NCBI GenBank assembly: GCA_965153285.1
Contig: OZ229119.1
Source: Podarcis tiliguerta
Taxonomy: Eukaryota
Reading direction: 5' to 3' (one strand)
Length of the DNA stretch: 64,000 nt
In this document: positions 15,201 through 27,980 of the stretch, piece after piece
Layout: the number at the start of each line of letters is the position of its first letter
How positions within the stretch are numbered: position 1 is the first letter of the stretch
Position numbers and translations under genes: made by a program
Notes under the pieces: generated by a model
Seen by the model: only the letters and a program-made list of their open reading frames with translations
Told to the model about the DNA's origin: nothing
Databases searched by the model: none

Positions 15201-17246
15201 AAGACTGCACTTCTCCGCTTCCCCCACTACCATCCAATTACATTCTATTAAAATCACATTTTCCCCCTTTTCAAATCACCATCATTTTCCACATTATGAA
15301 ATGCCAATCTCTGCATGAATTCCAGTGTCTGAAACATGCAGTTAATAGAATTATATCTCTACCTCAATGGCAATTCAGAGTTTGCATGAGGACAGAGCAG
15401 CCTCGCAGAGGACTGCCAAAGTCTGAAACTTCTCTGATTAGGATACTTCAGCTGGAATCTAGGAACTGAAACGTTTTTATCAGCTCTGAACACATAAAAT
15501 GCTGGCTTCTGATTATTTGAAATATTTCCCCCCAGCACTGTCTTTAACTATTATCATAGTTCATGGTGCTTATATAACACAAAGGCCAGAATTAATTATT
15601 CAGTTCATTATTGCTGGATTCTACAATATCTATATACACATAAATAGGTATATGTAAACACAGACACATGAAAGAGTCCTGATCTTAAACTTTAAACATA
15701 TAGAGATTCCTCCAGCAGCCTCCTATGAAAATACACATTAATTTCCCATACTCTTTCCGTGATTAGCAAACTTATACATTCAAGTTAATTTTGAACTCAG
15801 CAAAGAGCCAAAAAATGTCTGCTTTTTGCCCTGACCAGCAGGGAACTAGAACTAAAAGTTAGATGGCTTACAGGGAATGTAGGACAGGTTTCACTGCAAT
15901 ATTAGGCCAAGAATAATTATTGCTAAACTGAAATTATGCTAGACCAAGCTGGCAACTCCAACTGCAATCAACTTCTGCAAGACTGTCAGTCTCAAGACAA
16001 CAGAGGCAGAAGCTCCACACAAGCAGTATTCAGAGTCTGAACTCTTAAAAGTTATCTGAACAACCACATCCAATCTCTGATCAAGCAATTTAATCAGTGC
16101 AAAATTCCAGAACTCTTTGTTTCCACAGCCAAATGACTCCTATACAATAGTTACAAGAAGCTGTGTTTTCACATTTGAAAGACTTGCTTAATACAAAATG
16201 TTTTTCAGAGCTTACTTAATTAAATCTTAAATCTCTTTCATTTTGCTTCTGGGTGGGAAATGTCACACAAATACAGAAACTGTACAATGCTATTGAGTGC
16301 ACACAACTAAAAATAAATAAATGAAAAAACATATCTTGAATGATCCTTCAATTGGATTTTTTTTATACTATTTAGAAACGTTTAGCCAATGGAAGGGCAA
16401 CGGTTTAGTTCCTACACACAACTACGGCTATATAATTTAATTCTACATAAAAAAAAAAAATCTAAACCTATTTGGCTTGGAAGATTCCACAACTAGAATC
16501 CAGTCTGGCCTCTTATCAAGTGCGATTCAAATTTAATCACCCAAAGGTCAAAGTAAAAGTCCGTCCAGACTAGAGTTTGTGGCACAAATTGAGTCTATCG
16601 CTCTCTCTCACACAGAGACAGGAATCAAGTTTAAGATTAACCAGAATGCCCTTAACACCATACAGCTTGGTCTGTCAGCCCCAGTCCAGAACAGCAAAGC
16701 ATATATTTTGGGAGAAATTTCCACAACCTGCCAACACCAAGATCACCCAGAGTTAAAGGCCGTGAAAGACAACAAGGAATGTATAGCAGGCATGGTTCAA
16801 AACGTATCAACAAGGTTTTGATGTTTTGCTATTCAGACACCATATCGGTGAGAACTAGAAGATAGTTTTGCAGGTGAACACAGAAATCCAGTCAATGGAC
16901 TTCTTCATACCATGCTAATGCTATATTTAATTCACTCAGCAATGTAGATTTTGCGGACTAAGGGTTGCATCCAGCTACGTTCTACTCAGAGTAGACCTGA
17001 TGAAATTAATTAAGCTAAGTTAGTCTGGTCCATTAATTTCAATTGGTCTGTTCTGAGTATGACTAGCAATTTTTAATTTATTTGAACCTACCCAAGAAAT
17101 CTTGAACTGGGTGTCTGTGTTTACCTGGACAGCATTCAGAACAGCAGCTTTGTCTTACAAACCATAATGTAACCCCACCACCACATAACCCCTAATTTCC
17201 TCCTGCACACATGTTACACAGTGTTACAAAAGTTGTTATTACTGTA

Positions 17247-17488
17247 TTAATATCCTAGTGCTGATAAAAACTCCCCCATTATCTGCACAAGAACCTCTGA
17301 CTGGACATAGATAAAGGGGACTCCAAAAGCCATCAGCTGGCACATGAAAAAGGAGTCCAAAGGATTTTGGGCTACGTGGTGCCCAACTGAGGAAACTGTG
17401 TTTTGCAGGAGCTGGCTTGCCACCCTAACTCTGTCAAAGAGGTGGAGCGAGTACTGCATCACCCTGCCAAACAAGGAAGCAGAGCTAC
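17247..17488 (-). CDS. MICAL3: Alternative C-terminus of short MICAL3 isoform by read-through of the exon-18 donor (GSSASLFGRV...QNPLDSFFMCQLMAFGVPFIYVQSEVLVQIMGEFLSALGY*)
   Basis: In-frame ORF continues to TAA at 17249..17247 (ORF 17247..17645); similar to the recalled human short-isoform tail VAQNPLDSFFMCQLLAFGVPFLY. Confidence 0.85.
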
Positions 17489-17576
17489 CTGGAGTCCTCT
17501 CTGACGAAGTTGAGATGGAGTTTGCACGTCCTGCACCGTCAGCCGCCATGTTGTCCTGCTGGGTCCCTTTGCTGTC
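17489..17576 (-). CDS. MICAL3: MICAL3 coding exon 18 (DSKGTQQDNMAADGAGRANSISTSSERTP), 88 nt, spliced form for the long isoform
   Basis: ccccag|GAC acceptor; CCA G|gtagct donor; the downstream exon was not found in the window. Confidence 0.92.
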
Positions 17577-18413
17577 CTGGGGGGGAAATAGGCAAGGAAG
17601 GATGCAGTTATTAAATTTATGTAATTTAAAAGTGAGCAAATGCAAACAGACAAAAGGTGGTTTTATGGTTTTAGATCCAGGAGAAACAATAATCCTAGTT
17701 TATTCAGGCATATTCCAGATCTGGACACACATTCTCAGTATATCTTTGTTATTTATCTAACTGCTTCTTCAAGTAAAGCCATATGGAGGGCATGCCTGGG
17801 GTTAGCTGATTTTAACAAAAAATAATAGTACCACATATATCATTTTTCCATAGTATTGCCTTGAAAAACTACTTGCCATAAAACCAACTGCCAAAAAATT
17901 AACTGCATAAGTAAAATTAATTCATGTTACTCTGTAAATGTAATCGTTGTCCAGTAGATCAGCTATTACATATATTCTCAAGGCAGAATTTACTTTAATG
18001 CATATCCATGTTTTAATTATTAAATTCCCACTCTTTGGGTATGAGTACTTTTCAATGGTCCCCTGATAAAAAGAACCAATCCATAAACTGGATTTTGGAT
18101 AGACAGAAGTAAATATGAATGGTGACGTGCCTATTTGCACACCACTGGAACAGCTTTTCATCTTCTCTCTCCAGACACGCTGTTGTCTTGGTTTTGGTAA
18201 GCCAACAAATTTATAAAAACAACAACTGATAAAAAGTTTCCATTATGTGTTCTGTTTAAGAGTTTATAGCTAATAAAGGCAGGCAAGATCAATGCACATA
18301 GGATTCAGAAAGATTCTGCAACACTGCTCTCCCCCTTCCAAACAACCCAAAGCCACTTCCCAACATAAAATGGCAAAGCAGTCTCATCTGGGAAATGCAA
18401 GGAAACAGCCTAC

Positions 18414-18502
18414 CTTTCCTGACAGAGGGCCCACTGCCGGTCTCTTCCTCTGTGCATAACCTGAAAGTCTGTAACAGTAGTGAGGCTTGCAGTAGAATTT
18501 TC
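18414..18502 (-). CDS. MICAL3: MICAL3 coding exon 17, end of LIM (KFYCKPHYCYRLSGYAQRKRPAVGPLSGK), 89 nt
   Basis: ttgcag|GA acceptor; AAG|gtaggc donor. Confidence 0.96.
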
Positions 18503-19674
18503 CTGCAAACAGAGCAAGGGGAAAATGATAATGAGAAAGACAAAAGCTTCAGTTTGGTAATGCTGTGCAGTGCCACAGTTCCTCTGTATCTCCTCTGCCC
18601 TGTCACATACAAAATACATGGAGACAATTATGCCTCAAAGATTTAATTCACGTTAATTTCCTCCTTTCCTGAAAGCAAATGGATTTTCCATAGGGTGCCT
18701 GATAGCCATTTACCCAGCACCCAACCAATAGCCAGAACATCCCAGGGGAACTTGCGTGGTAGCGCACACAAAGCAGCACTGTGTGAGGAACAAAGGCTGC
18801 ATCACATGGAAATCTGGCAGAAGTGCTGTGGAAAAGGCAAGAATGAATGCAAAGAGGAAAGGGCTGGGCATTAACTCCAAACAGACCACTGCTTACCAAG
18901 AATTGACCAATCCAAACAGAAATCTATGTACCATGGTCACCCAGGTGATTTCTAACTACAAATATTCAAAAGTTATCATTTCACAGATGCAAACAGCCTG
19001 TGGTATGGTGTTGCAAGAACTCCCAATGTGTTGCTGAACCTTCAAAACAGTATTCAAGGAGAGCCCTGTTTACATGATGCTGCAGTTGTCTAGCCATGAT
19101 TGCAAATACAAGAGTAATGGCTTCCCACTCTGAGTTTTCCATAATCTCTGGCAGCACACAAAATCCTGAGCATGGAGAGGAGTTCAACTCCCAGTTCAAC
19201 CAGCTTCAGACTGCAGTATTTACAATGTGCATTTTAGTTTCTACAAATACCTCTTGCACAATAATAATTTTGGATGATGTATCTGAAGTGGGCCAAACAG
19301 TGATGTAATAATTTCCTGAGCATACTAAAGATATATGGAATCCTGAAGGTTATATCTAAGTCAAAGGGCTGAATCCAATAAAAGTCATGTTGTGATCTCA
19401 ATGACTTCTGCTTGCACAATGGAACTCCCTCTCCTTCTTCTACTCCCTGAGTTCCCGCCCCCACAAAAAAAACACCTCTGTCCCAGAAGCCTGTGGGAAC
19501 CCCCAGAGAAGATTTGGGTATGGGGACACAAGTGGGGGGAAGGAGGAGGAGGAGGAGGAAGGGAAGTTATGGTATGCAAGTAGAAGTCACTTGCACAACA
19601 ATTTTGCTGAATGCAACCCATCAGTTGAAGCTCTTGCCCATCCCCTCCTAAGGCAAAAGGTAAACTTCACTTAC

Positions 19675-19861
19675 CATCCACCAGGTCGTAGGCATAAGAG
19701 GACAAGCGCAGGGTTGTAGCACAGTATTCGCATTTGAAGCAGCTGCGGTGGAAGAATTTGCCTTCAGCACTCAGTCTTTCCATCACGTAGACACGCTTGT
19801 GGCAGAAGTAGCAGACATCACTGCCTCCCACATTCGGAGGGAATTCTTTTTTCAAGGAACC
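19675..19861 (-). CDS. MICAL3: MICAL3 coding exon 16, LIM domain ([51 protein letters not shown]...YDLVD), 187 nt
   Basis: ctttag|GGT acceptor; GAT G|gtaagt donor; CxxC...HxxCxxCxxC LIM pattern. Confidence 0.97.
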
Positions 19862-20596
19862 CTAAAGCAGCAAGAACAAGGAAAGGTCTAGACTGAGTCA
19901 CAAGCTTACTTTTACTTCCACTGTCGTGCCATATGTATTCATTAGATTGTTTTGGAATCCTTCAATGGGAAACGGAGGACGTTTCAGCAAAAACACTAAG
20001 CAGGCACCTATGGATAATTCCAAGGCCCCAACATGAGGAAGAAAAGGTCAGCCAAGGAACTCACTCCGTAAGGTGTAGCATCCAACCACCTGAAAATAAA
20101 GAGTCTGGCGGAATATGGGAGAACTGAAGGATCTAAAAATTCTTTAATTCTCTCAGCTTTAGCTTTCCCACACATCCTGCCTCTAAAATGGGTATAATGA
20201 TGACATACCTCACAAAGTTGATTAGAGACACCAAGTGTACACAACTAACGAATTGTGGAAATGGTCACACAATTATGATAGTAATAATCCTCCTCCCACA
20301 TTACCACTGAAGTTAAGCTCCAAACAACCACTGTCAAATGATATCTCCACACATTTACTCCAAAGACACCAAAGCTTTCAGCAACAGATCTTTTGTGTAC
20401 TATCCATTTTCTTTATAGCAAGAATTCAAGAACCCACAAAGGGAAGTGGAGGAACAGGCAAGGAAGTGCTTACATCAGCTACCTTTAACTAAACACTGAG
20501 GGAAAACTAAAGGCTCCATATTACTGAGGATCTAAGGAAGAGCTGTCTAACTTCTAATCACAAATACTCATCACCTTCTGAACATCATTCTCTTAC

Positions 20597-20704
20597 CAGT
20601 TCCTTCTTGTCTAGAAGGGTTTTGGGTTGGTCTTTCCTTTGAAGCTGATTGGCTATTTGCTCAGCCAATGAGCTCACGCCACCTGTATACATCTTTATAT
20701 ACTT
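20597..20704 (-). CDS. MICAL3: MICAL3 alternative cassette F (KYIKMYTGGVSSLAEQIANQLQRKDQPKTLLDKKEL), 108 nt
   Basis: ggtag|AAG acceptor; CTG|gtaaga donor; near-identical to recalled human isoform segment. Confidence 0.88.
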
Positions 20705-22266
20705 CTACCAGATGAAGGTAATGAGGGTGGGGGGAGGTAAGATGGATGGGGAAAATGAGGGAAAAGAGAAACAGTATAAATTCAGGATGAAAACTACGAA
20801 AGAAAAAAATGGCAAAAAAGGTGCAGAAAGGGGTGAAACCATGCCAAGACAGTGAACAACACAAGCGTGTGTGGCACCAGCAAAACAAGTGATCTCAGAA
20901 ACCACTGGTGTGGGCAGCACTAAATAAAATTATTAGCAGTTTGTAATCAGCCACTCTAAGACCCTGGTCAGAAACTTTATTTTGCCAGATAGTCATTGGA
21001 GATGAAAGGTGTTTCTAACCCCATCTCCCACAAAGGTTTCCCATAACAGCTGCCATGTTCTTTCCAAAACCATGCTTATCTCTAGATTGGCAGCTGAACA
21101 TAGTCCTGCCATAGGGTCAGATCTAGTCCATGAGCTGCTGGTTGTTGACCCCCCTCCCCCAAACAGAAACCCCAGGGGACTAAGAGTGCTATGGGTTCAG
21201 GGATGAGGTAGCATGGATTACCCATATTGGGATATCATGGCTATTTATGATATCCAAAATCAGACTGGGGAATTACATAGTGTGGGGAAAGGATATCTGG
21301 AGGAGAAGTTAAAAGGGAAAGAGGGGTGTAATAAATTTGCATGCTCAGATATATGTTCTTTCTTGCAGGGCTGCAAAAATACTAGTGTTTTTAGCCACTG
21401 TGTGTTTCTTCATCCCCGTCTCCCCAGTTGGATATGAAGCCCACTATCTCTTTTCATACCCCATCTCAGGTCGGAGGCCAATGTGCAGACACTGTAGTTT
21501 CAACACCAAGCAAGCCTTTTTCTCGCCCACATCCAGCTTATGAAGAATGCTGGAGAACCCAAAAGCTTGCCCATTATTTTGTTACATTTTGGTTGGTCTT
21601 AAAAAGGTATTTCCTTACTATGGAAGTTGCGAGGGGAGTGTCTTATGGACCAACATGGCTGCCTTTGCTTATTTTTATATAAACAACATGATTGGTTTCA
21701 ACTGTTATTTAAGCAGCAAACCGTATAACACAAAAAGATAACTAGATAGGATTGTGTTTCAGAAATATATTGGGGGGGGGGGGAGCACAAGCCATTAAGT
21801 TTACAGAACCTTAGGTACTGAGATACTTCACACACAGTCCCACATAGCAAGTCATATAACTGCACCCCCCCCCCCAATTCTCCCTTAAGTTTATGGGGAG
21901 AGGAAGATGGATGAGGGTTGCCTGGCCTCTCAGCAAGGAAGCAGAATATCAAATTCAGCTCAAGAACCTTTGACAGTTTGCCCTTTTCAAAAACAACAGA
22001 TATTCCACTTATTATATGCCAATGCACTTTGTACTGAAGAACAGAGAGTAAAATCAGCAAGTCCTTCTATTTACCTAAGTAGATACATTATTAACAACTA
22101 ATGGGCCTTTCTGTTGGAAGAACAGACCTGAGGGGTCGAGGGCCTGAAGTCAACAGGACTCTCAACTGATATGGTATTTCAAATTGCAGCTAATTGCCGA
22201 TAGATCTACACATTTTGAAAGATCCATAACCCCCATGAATCTGTGTAAATTCTCATGACTGTGTTT

Positions 22267-22578
22267 AAAGGTAAAGGGACCCCTGACCATTAGGTCCAGT
22301 TGTGGCCGACTCTGGGGTTGCCGCACTCATCTCGCTTTATTGGCCGAGGGAGACGGCGTACAGCTTCCTGGTCTATGTCACTTCAGCGCACGGAAATGCC
22401 GTTTACCTTCCCGCCGGAGCAGTAGCTATTTATCTACTTGCACTCTGACATGCTTTCGAACAGCTAGGTGGGCAGGAGCAGGGACCGAGCAACGGAAGCT
22501 CACCCCGTCGTGGGGATTCTAACCTTCTGATCGGCAAGTCCTAGGCTCTGTGGCTTAACCCACAGCACCACCCACGTC
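22267..22578 (-). mobile_element. Sauria SINE (copy A, internal deletions)
   Basis: aaaggtaaagggacccctgaccattagg tail and typical body; degenerate TSD catgactg(tg/ct)tttaaa. Confidence 0.9.
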
Positions 22579-22759
22579 CATGACTGCTTTTAAATCTAGG
22601 CAAAAACATTTCTCTTCAACCAGACCTTCTGTTAAACAACCTATGGCCTTTTAAAGGTGGTGTGTGTTGTTTTTATTATGATTGTGTTATGCATTTTGTG
22701 TTTTTATGTTGTAAACTGTCATATAATGTGTGATATATAAATTTAATTAAAAAATGAAC

Positions 22760-23885
22760 AAGTCACTAAAAAAACCAATCTGAGCCATTGACTACCACAT
22801 CTTATGACACCAGTGAATTCCATAAGTTTATTACATATTGTGTGAAAAAAATGCTTTATTTCATCTGCTACTGACAATTTCATTAAGTGAGTTCTAGTTT
22901 TGTGAGAAGGGAAAACATTCCCTCATTTTCCCCGCATCATGTATTATTGATGGCACAGGTTTTGGGGTAGTGCATTCCACATCTGTATTGGTATTCTATC
23001 AGCTTCTGAAGGCACACCTGTTTATACAGGCATTCCTTTCATCTCTTGACCCAAGTCTCCTGTTTTAATTGCTGTGGGGTTTTAATGCGATAGTTTTATT
23101 CCATATTTTAATCACATGTTTCTATTTTAACATTTTAATGGGATGGATTTATTGTGTATTTCAATTATGGTACGTTCTTCATTATTCTGTATTTCAACAA
23201 GGTTGTGCAACTGGTTTTAATGTTTTGTAAACCACTTCGATGCCATGTAAACATTGAAAAGTATATAATCATCTTATAACCCTATATTGTGTCTCCTTTA
23301 GTATTTCTTTTCCAAATTAAAAGGCCCCAAACATACAAGCCTTGCCAGGAATGCCCTCCCAACTTCTTGACTGGTATTTTGGTGCCTCATCTTATCCACC
23401 TCTGCAATATTGGAATTTGTCTTTCCACAGCTGCTGCACCAAGTTTTGACTGAGCTCTCCATCGCAGCTCCAAGTTGTCATTCTTGGACAGTCTCAGCCA
23501 GTTTAGACTCAATCAGCATTGGAATGTTTTGTTCCAATATATATCACTTTACACTTATTAGCACATTTTTTGCCCCTTCACCTCATTTGGAGATGTTCTT
23601 TTGGAACTCTTCACAGTCTGCTCAGGTTTTCATCATGCTCTATAAATTGGTGCCATCTGCAAAGTTGGCTTTCACTGATCACTTCCAGATCATTTGTGGG
23701 CAAGTTACACAGTCTTATTGTCTCTAAGACAGCCTCTTCTATTTTTTCTTTTGTGTGTGGACTGTGTGCAAAACAAATCTCTTCAGCTACAGACTTCCTC
23801 ATAGACTGTCCCAATACAGATCTTTGGGGGATTCCCTGACCTATTTCCAACAATTGTGAGAATTTTCAGCCTATTTCTACCCTAG
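22760..23885 (-). mobile_element. Old, degraded CR1 RT-to-3' region (with nested repeat debris)
   Basis: GIPQRSVLG and ANFADGTNL...KCKVIYIG remnants of CR1 RT motifs; approximate ends. Confidence 0.65.
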
Positions 23886-25381
23886 GTCTTGTTTATGTAT
23901 GAGTAGAGGGGACAACATGGGAAACCAAATGAGAGGCAATGCAGTTGCTTTGTCAGAAACAGGTCTATTGTCGTCCACAAGTTTTCTTTTGAAGGGAAGG
24001 CCTTGGTTGGTGAGTCCTTCTCTTCCCCACTCTACAAGCAGACAGAGGGGACTATGTGCTCTAAAGGATGGTGCTTCTTGCCCATGCTAAAGATTATTAC
24101 ATTTGCCTAATATCAATTTGAATCTAATCCACCTCTCCCATAAAAACTCTACAGAATTCTCAGACCAAGACTACATTGTTTAAAAGGAAATATTAGTTCT
24201 ACAACAGACAGGTGTCCACATTCTCCATGCCCATCTTGAAGAATTAGACAACATTCAGTGACACAATGACCAATACAGTATAGCTCTTCCTATAGAACAA
24301 TCAGAAATCCCTTAAACCTTAATCTAGATGAGACAAGCAGCAAGCATTTTTTCAGTATTCACTGCGCTGTTCAAAAATCAAACCACAACTAATCTGTTAT
24401 ATTATAGGACACACAAAGCAATATAGTGGTTTGAATCACATCCTCAAAGTGAAGCAGCAAACAAGCAGTTATTCATCATGTAGATGTTCAATGGTCACAG
24501 AAAATCCAGTGCTAGAAACAGCTGTTAAGAGACAGACAACACAGTGAATCCCACTCTTGGCAACAATGAAGCCTTATTGGGGGATCCTTAGTAGTCAGAA
24601 ATGGCCGTTTGACACAATGGTCCAGTTCCAACATCACCATGGTTTGGTGGTCAGTAGCAGTCTGCATTATTCCACTTCCCTTCCCCGCATAGCAAAAGAT
24701 ATACTGGGAATCCATGGTTAAACTAGCAGGTCATAATTACTGCTAGCCTAATTTTGTTTTCATTTGAGTGACTCAAACCACAATTTGAACTTGGCTTTAA
24801 TTGCCAACTTGAGAACGAATTATAGTGAGAAGTGATTATGGCAGCACCTGTTCAAAACATTATAATAAAACCAAGATATAGCTACGGAGGAAATGAAAGT
24901 GAAGTGAAGAAGCCCAAGGAAGATGCAGGAGAAAGCAGAGGAAGAAGCATTTCAGCCCACAAAGGACTTCTGATGATCAAACTATGGCTTGGTGATTCGG
25001 ACCCAACACATCTCCCAACTGGGTGAGTGCATTCCAGGGTATGCCTTTACTTATCTGGAGGCAGAACAAGCCAGTTCTGGATGAGACATACAATATTCTT
25101 TGTGAAACATTTGCTAGCCATTGCTCTCTCTCCTACCAGACAATCAGTAACTCCGAGGTGTAAAGGATATGCAGCATTTCCAAATTCACAAGCCTTGGAA
25201 TAACCAGGGTACAGAGGAATCCCAAGCCTTTCTGCAGGCACACAGGCTAAGCTCAGCCACACCCAAGGCAAAGAGAACTTATTAGCCTAGCTTTATCCAG
25301 TGCGGCATTCTCAAGTGGCAGGAGATGGAATAGGCCATAGATGTGCAACTGGGTGCAGCCTCAAGCCCCACACCATGCTAC

Positions 25382-25489
25382 CTGTCTGAGGGAGTCAGAG
25401 GAGGGAGAAGAAGGGCGACTGGAAGAGCGGAGGTTGCGGGAGAGCTCCCACTGCTCAACAACAGATCGACGAGATCGCTCAATCTCTGG
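25382..25489 (-). CDS. MICAL3: MICAL3 alternative cassette E (PEIERSRRSVVEQWELSRNLRSSSRPSSPSSDSLRQ), 108 nt
   Basis: ttttgtag|CCA acceptor; CAG|gtagca donor; matches recalled human ...DQWELSLSLRSSARPASPSSDSLRQ. Confidence 0.85.
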
Positions 25490-26748
25490 CTACAAAATAA
25501 AGATGAGAAAGTCAGAAGACGGCATTTCAAAATAGGAGCTTTTGGGAAGGGGCGGGTGAGACAGGCAGCAGAGATCTTGTAGCTTGCAAGTGACGTAGGA
25601 AAACTGTGGGCATGCTCTACTACTTTTAAACTCCCCAGCCAAAGTTCAGAACATTGATATTTGGGGGGGAGGGAATGGTGGAACACCAAATCCATGTACT
25701 AATTTCAGCTGTGAATGACCTTCCTGATGCTTGTCTTTCAAGTTTTAGAAATGAGTGGATTTATAAAGAACTGTGGGCTAGATGTATCCTGAATAAAATA
25801 CGAGGAATTCTATTCCAATCATGAAGCAATACCAAAAATTCCTAGTAAGAAGGTTGAAAAGAAACAACTTTCTAAAATTTCTGCATGGTAAGAGAGACTG
25901 CAAGGCTGTTAAGCAAGACACATGTCAAAATGCATGTGCTTGCATTCAATAGCCTCTTTTACCCCATCAGTATTTTGTTTGGCAAAATGACTAAAAGCAA
26001 TTGATATTAGACCTTCCAGAGTTTAACAAGATGAAATACATTATAACAGCCCACGCAGGGTCAGAAAATAAATTCTGATCAGCAACTGATGATATATGAT
26101 TGAATATTGGCACTGACATACATGTTTAAAAATTAGAGCACATATAGAAAGAATGTGTATATTGCTTAAAGAAATAAACAAGTTTTCAAAGCCCATTTGG
26201 TTTATATATAAAGGCTGTTCTGGGGTTAGTTAACTTCCTGGTTTCATTTGTTTTGGGTTACTCTTTAGCAAGCTAATTTTATAGAACCTTGCTTCTGAAA
26301 CCTAGTTATGTAACGCAGATGCTCTTCATCTCCAGAATGGCTAAGCAACGCTCCACCAACACTTCTTGAATCTAGCTGAGTCTTTCAATACAGATTCTAC
26401 CCTACTCTATGGAAGTGCAAACTCTCAAAAGCCCCTTTAAGTTAGGAGCTTCTTCCCCACATATGCCACACATCTTTTTATTAGTGCTAGACGCATCTAC
26501 GCAAGATTAAGTGTTGATTCAGCAAGCAGGAACAGTAAGTTAACAGGAAAGACAGAATAATGAGTTTGGATCTTGTTGTTTTACCCAGGGTGCTTGAAAG
26601 TGTTCTGCTACAATGTGATAGTGTACTCATCAGCCATTAAAACAGGACATCTGATGCCAGCCATGTTACAGCCCAAGCAACCTTTCATTTCCCATTCTAC
26701 GGAACGGCAAGCAGACACAAAGCGCCAGACAGACAGGAAGGCAGTCAC

Positions 26749-26862
26749 CTGATGCCTGGTTGCTGGCCTTTGCTCCAGGAGGGCAGCCAGCTGGCTTGCC
26801 CTCTGCTCAATGGTAAGCGTGCGCTCTGGCACACGGTCATCTGAAAAGAACTGGTGAGGTCT
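26749..26862 (-). CDS. MICAL3: MICAL3 alternative cassette D (RPHQFFSDDRVPERTLTIEQRASQLAALLEQRPATRHQ), 114 nt
   Basis: Pyrimidine-rich acceptor cattattctgcag|AGA; CAG|gtgact donor; open phase 0-0; coding-like composition. Confidence 0.7.
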
Positions 26863-27769
26863 CTGCAGAATAATGAGTGAGGGAAAATGAACAAGAGAGC
26901 ACAGGGGGGGAAATATTCATGGAAAAAGCATGGCAGTAGGAAAAGAAACAAAGCTGAAAATAAGGTCAGAGGCAGTTAATTAAATGCTTGTGCATTAAAA
27001 AAAGTGGGACACAGGGACAAGGAGGGGAACAAGAGCTCAAAATCCTCTGGATGAAGGTTGCACACACACACACCAGCTGATGCGACATACATATAACATA
27101 AACCATTTACAGTAGCCGAATCCAAATTAAGTCTACTCTGGAAGTCACTGATTTAAATAGGTTTACTGCTCAGGAAGCATGCAGAGGGCTGTGACCTTTG
27201 GCAGCTGTGGTTTATGAATCCTACAGCAGCAGGAAAAGGATCCAAGATTGTGCCGCCAAAGAAGCATCATAGTTTAGCTGCTGTGAAATACAGGTGTGTC
27301 ACAGGGATCTGGAGAAGGGCACTTGTTGTCTGTAGTGACGCTCCAACTTTTTAACCTGGTTGTTTTGGAGACTGGATGCAATACCAAGCTAGTGCTGAAG
27401 AGAAGGGTCATGGAAGGGAAACAATGGCAAAGGCATAGTTCTCTGTGAGGGGCTAGTAATGTTTAACACAAAATTCTAAGTATCCTCAAAACTGTATTGT
27501 GTAGGGTTCCTTTTCAAAATTATTTACTGTGATGAGCAGCTTTTAGAAATATATTGAGCAGGCAGACTGCAGCATTGATCCATGCCTTTATTATGTCAAT
27601 TAATTCTCTTTCCTTGCATGTTCTACTTTGGTCCAAGCTTATTCCAGTTAATTTAGTTTTGCATGCTTTTGTGGGCGGGATGCTTAAAAATGTCCCTTTC
27701 TCCCTACTGTCATGAAGATTTATTTGTGCATTCCATCAGGCTATGTGAACTGTTTCTATCCCAGCTTTT

Positions 27770-27980
27770 TATTATTATTATTATTATTTTTATTATTATT
27801 ACTCTACCCATCGGGCTGGGTTTCCCCAGCCACTCTGGGCAGTTTCCAGCCCATAAAAAAACACGATAAAACATCAAACAACAACAACTTCCCAATACAG
27901 GGCTGCCTTCAGATGTCTTCTAAAAGTTGTGCAGTTCTTTATCTCCTTGACATCTGATGGGAGGGTGTTCCACAGGGAGT
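27770..27980 (-). mobile_element. L2 3' fragment (same family as 4057..4505)
   Basis: Shared ggctgggtttccccagccactctgggcag...cagggctgccttcagatgtcttctaaaagtt; (AAT)n tail. Confidence 0.8.

Noticed and set aside
1-17000. Search for the next long-isoform exon (..EEPSIAKRLRGTPERIELENY..)
   Set aside because: No matching sequence or ORF seen; presumably beyond the left edge
18643-18668. Cryptic acceptor tttgctttcag|GAAAG giving GKEEINVN* and truncating the LIM domain
   Set aside because: Only splice-consensus resemblance; no independent support
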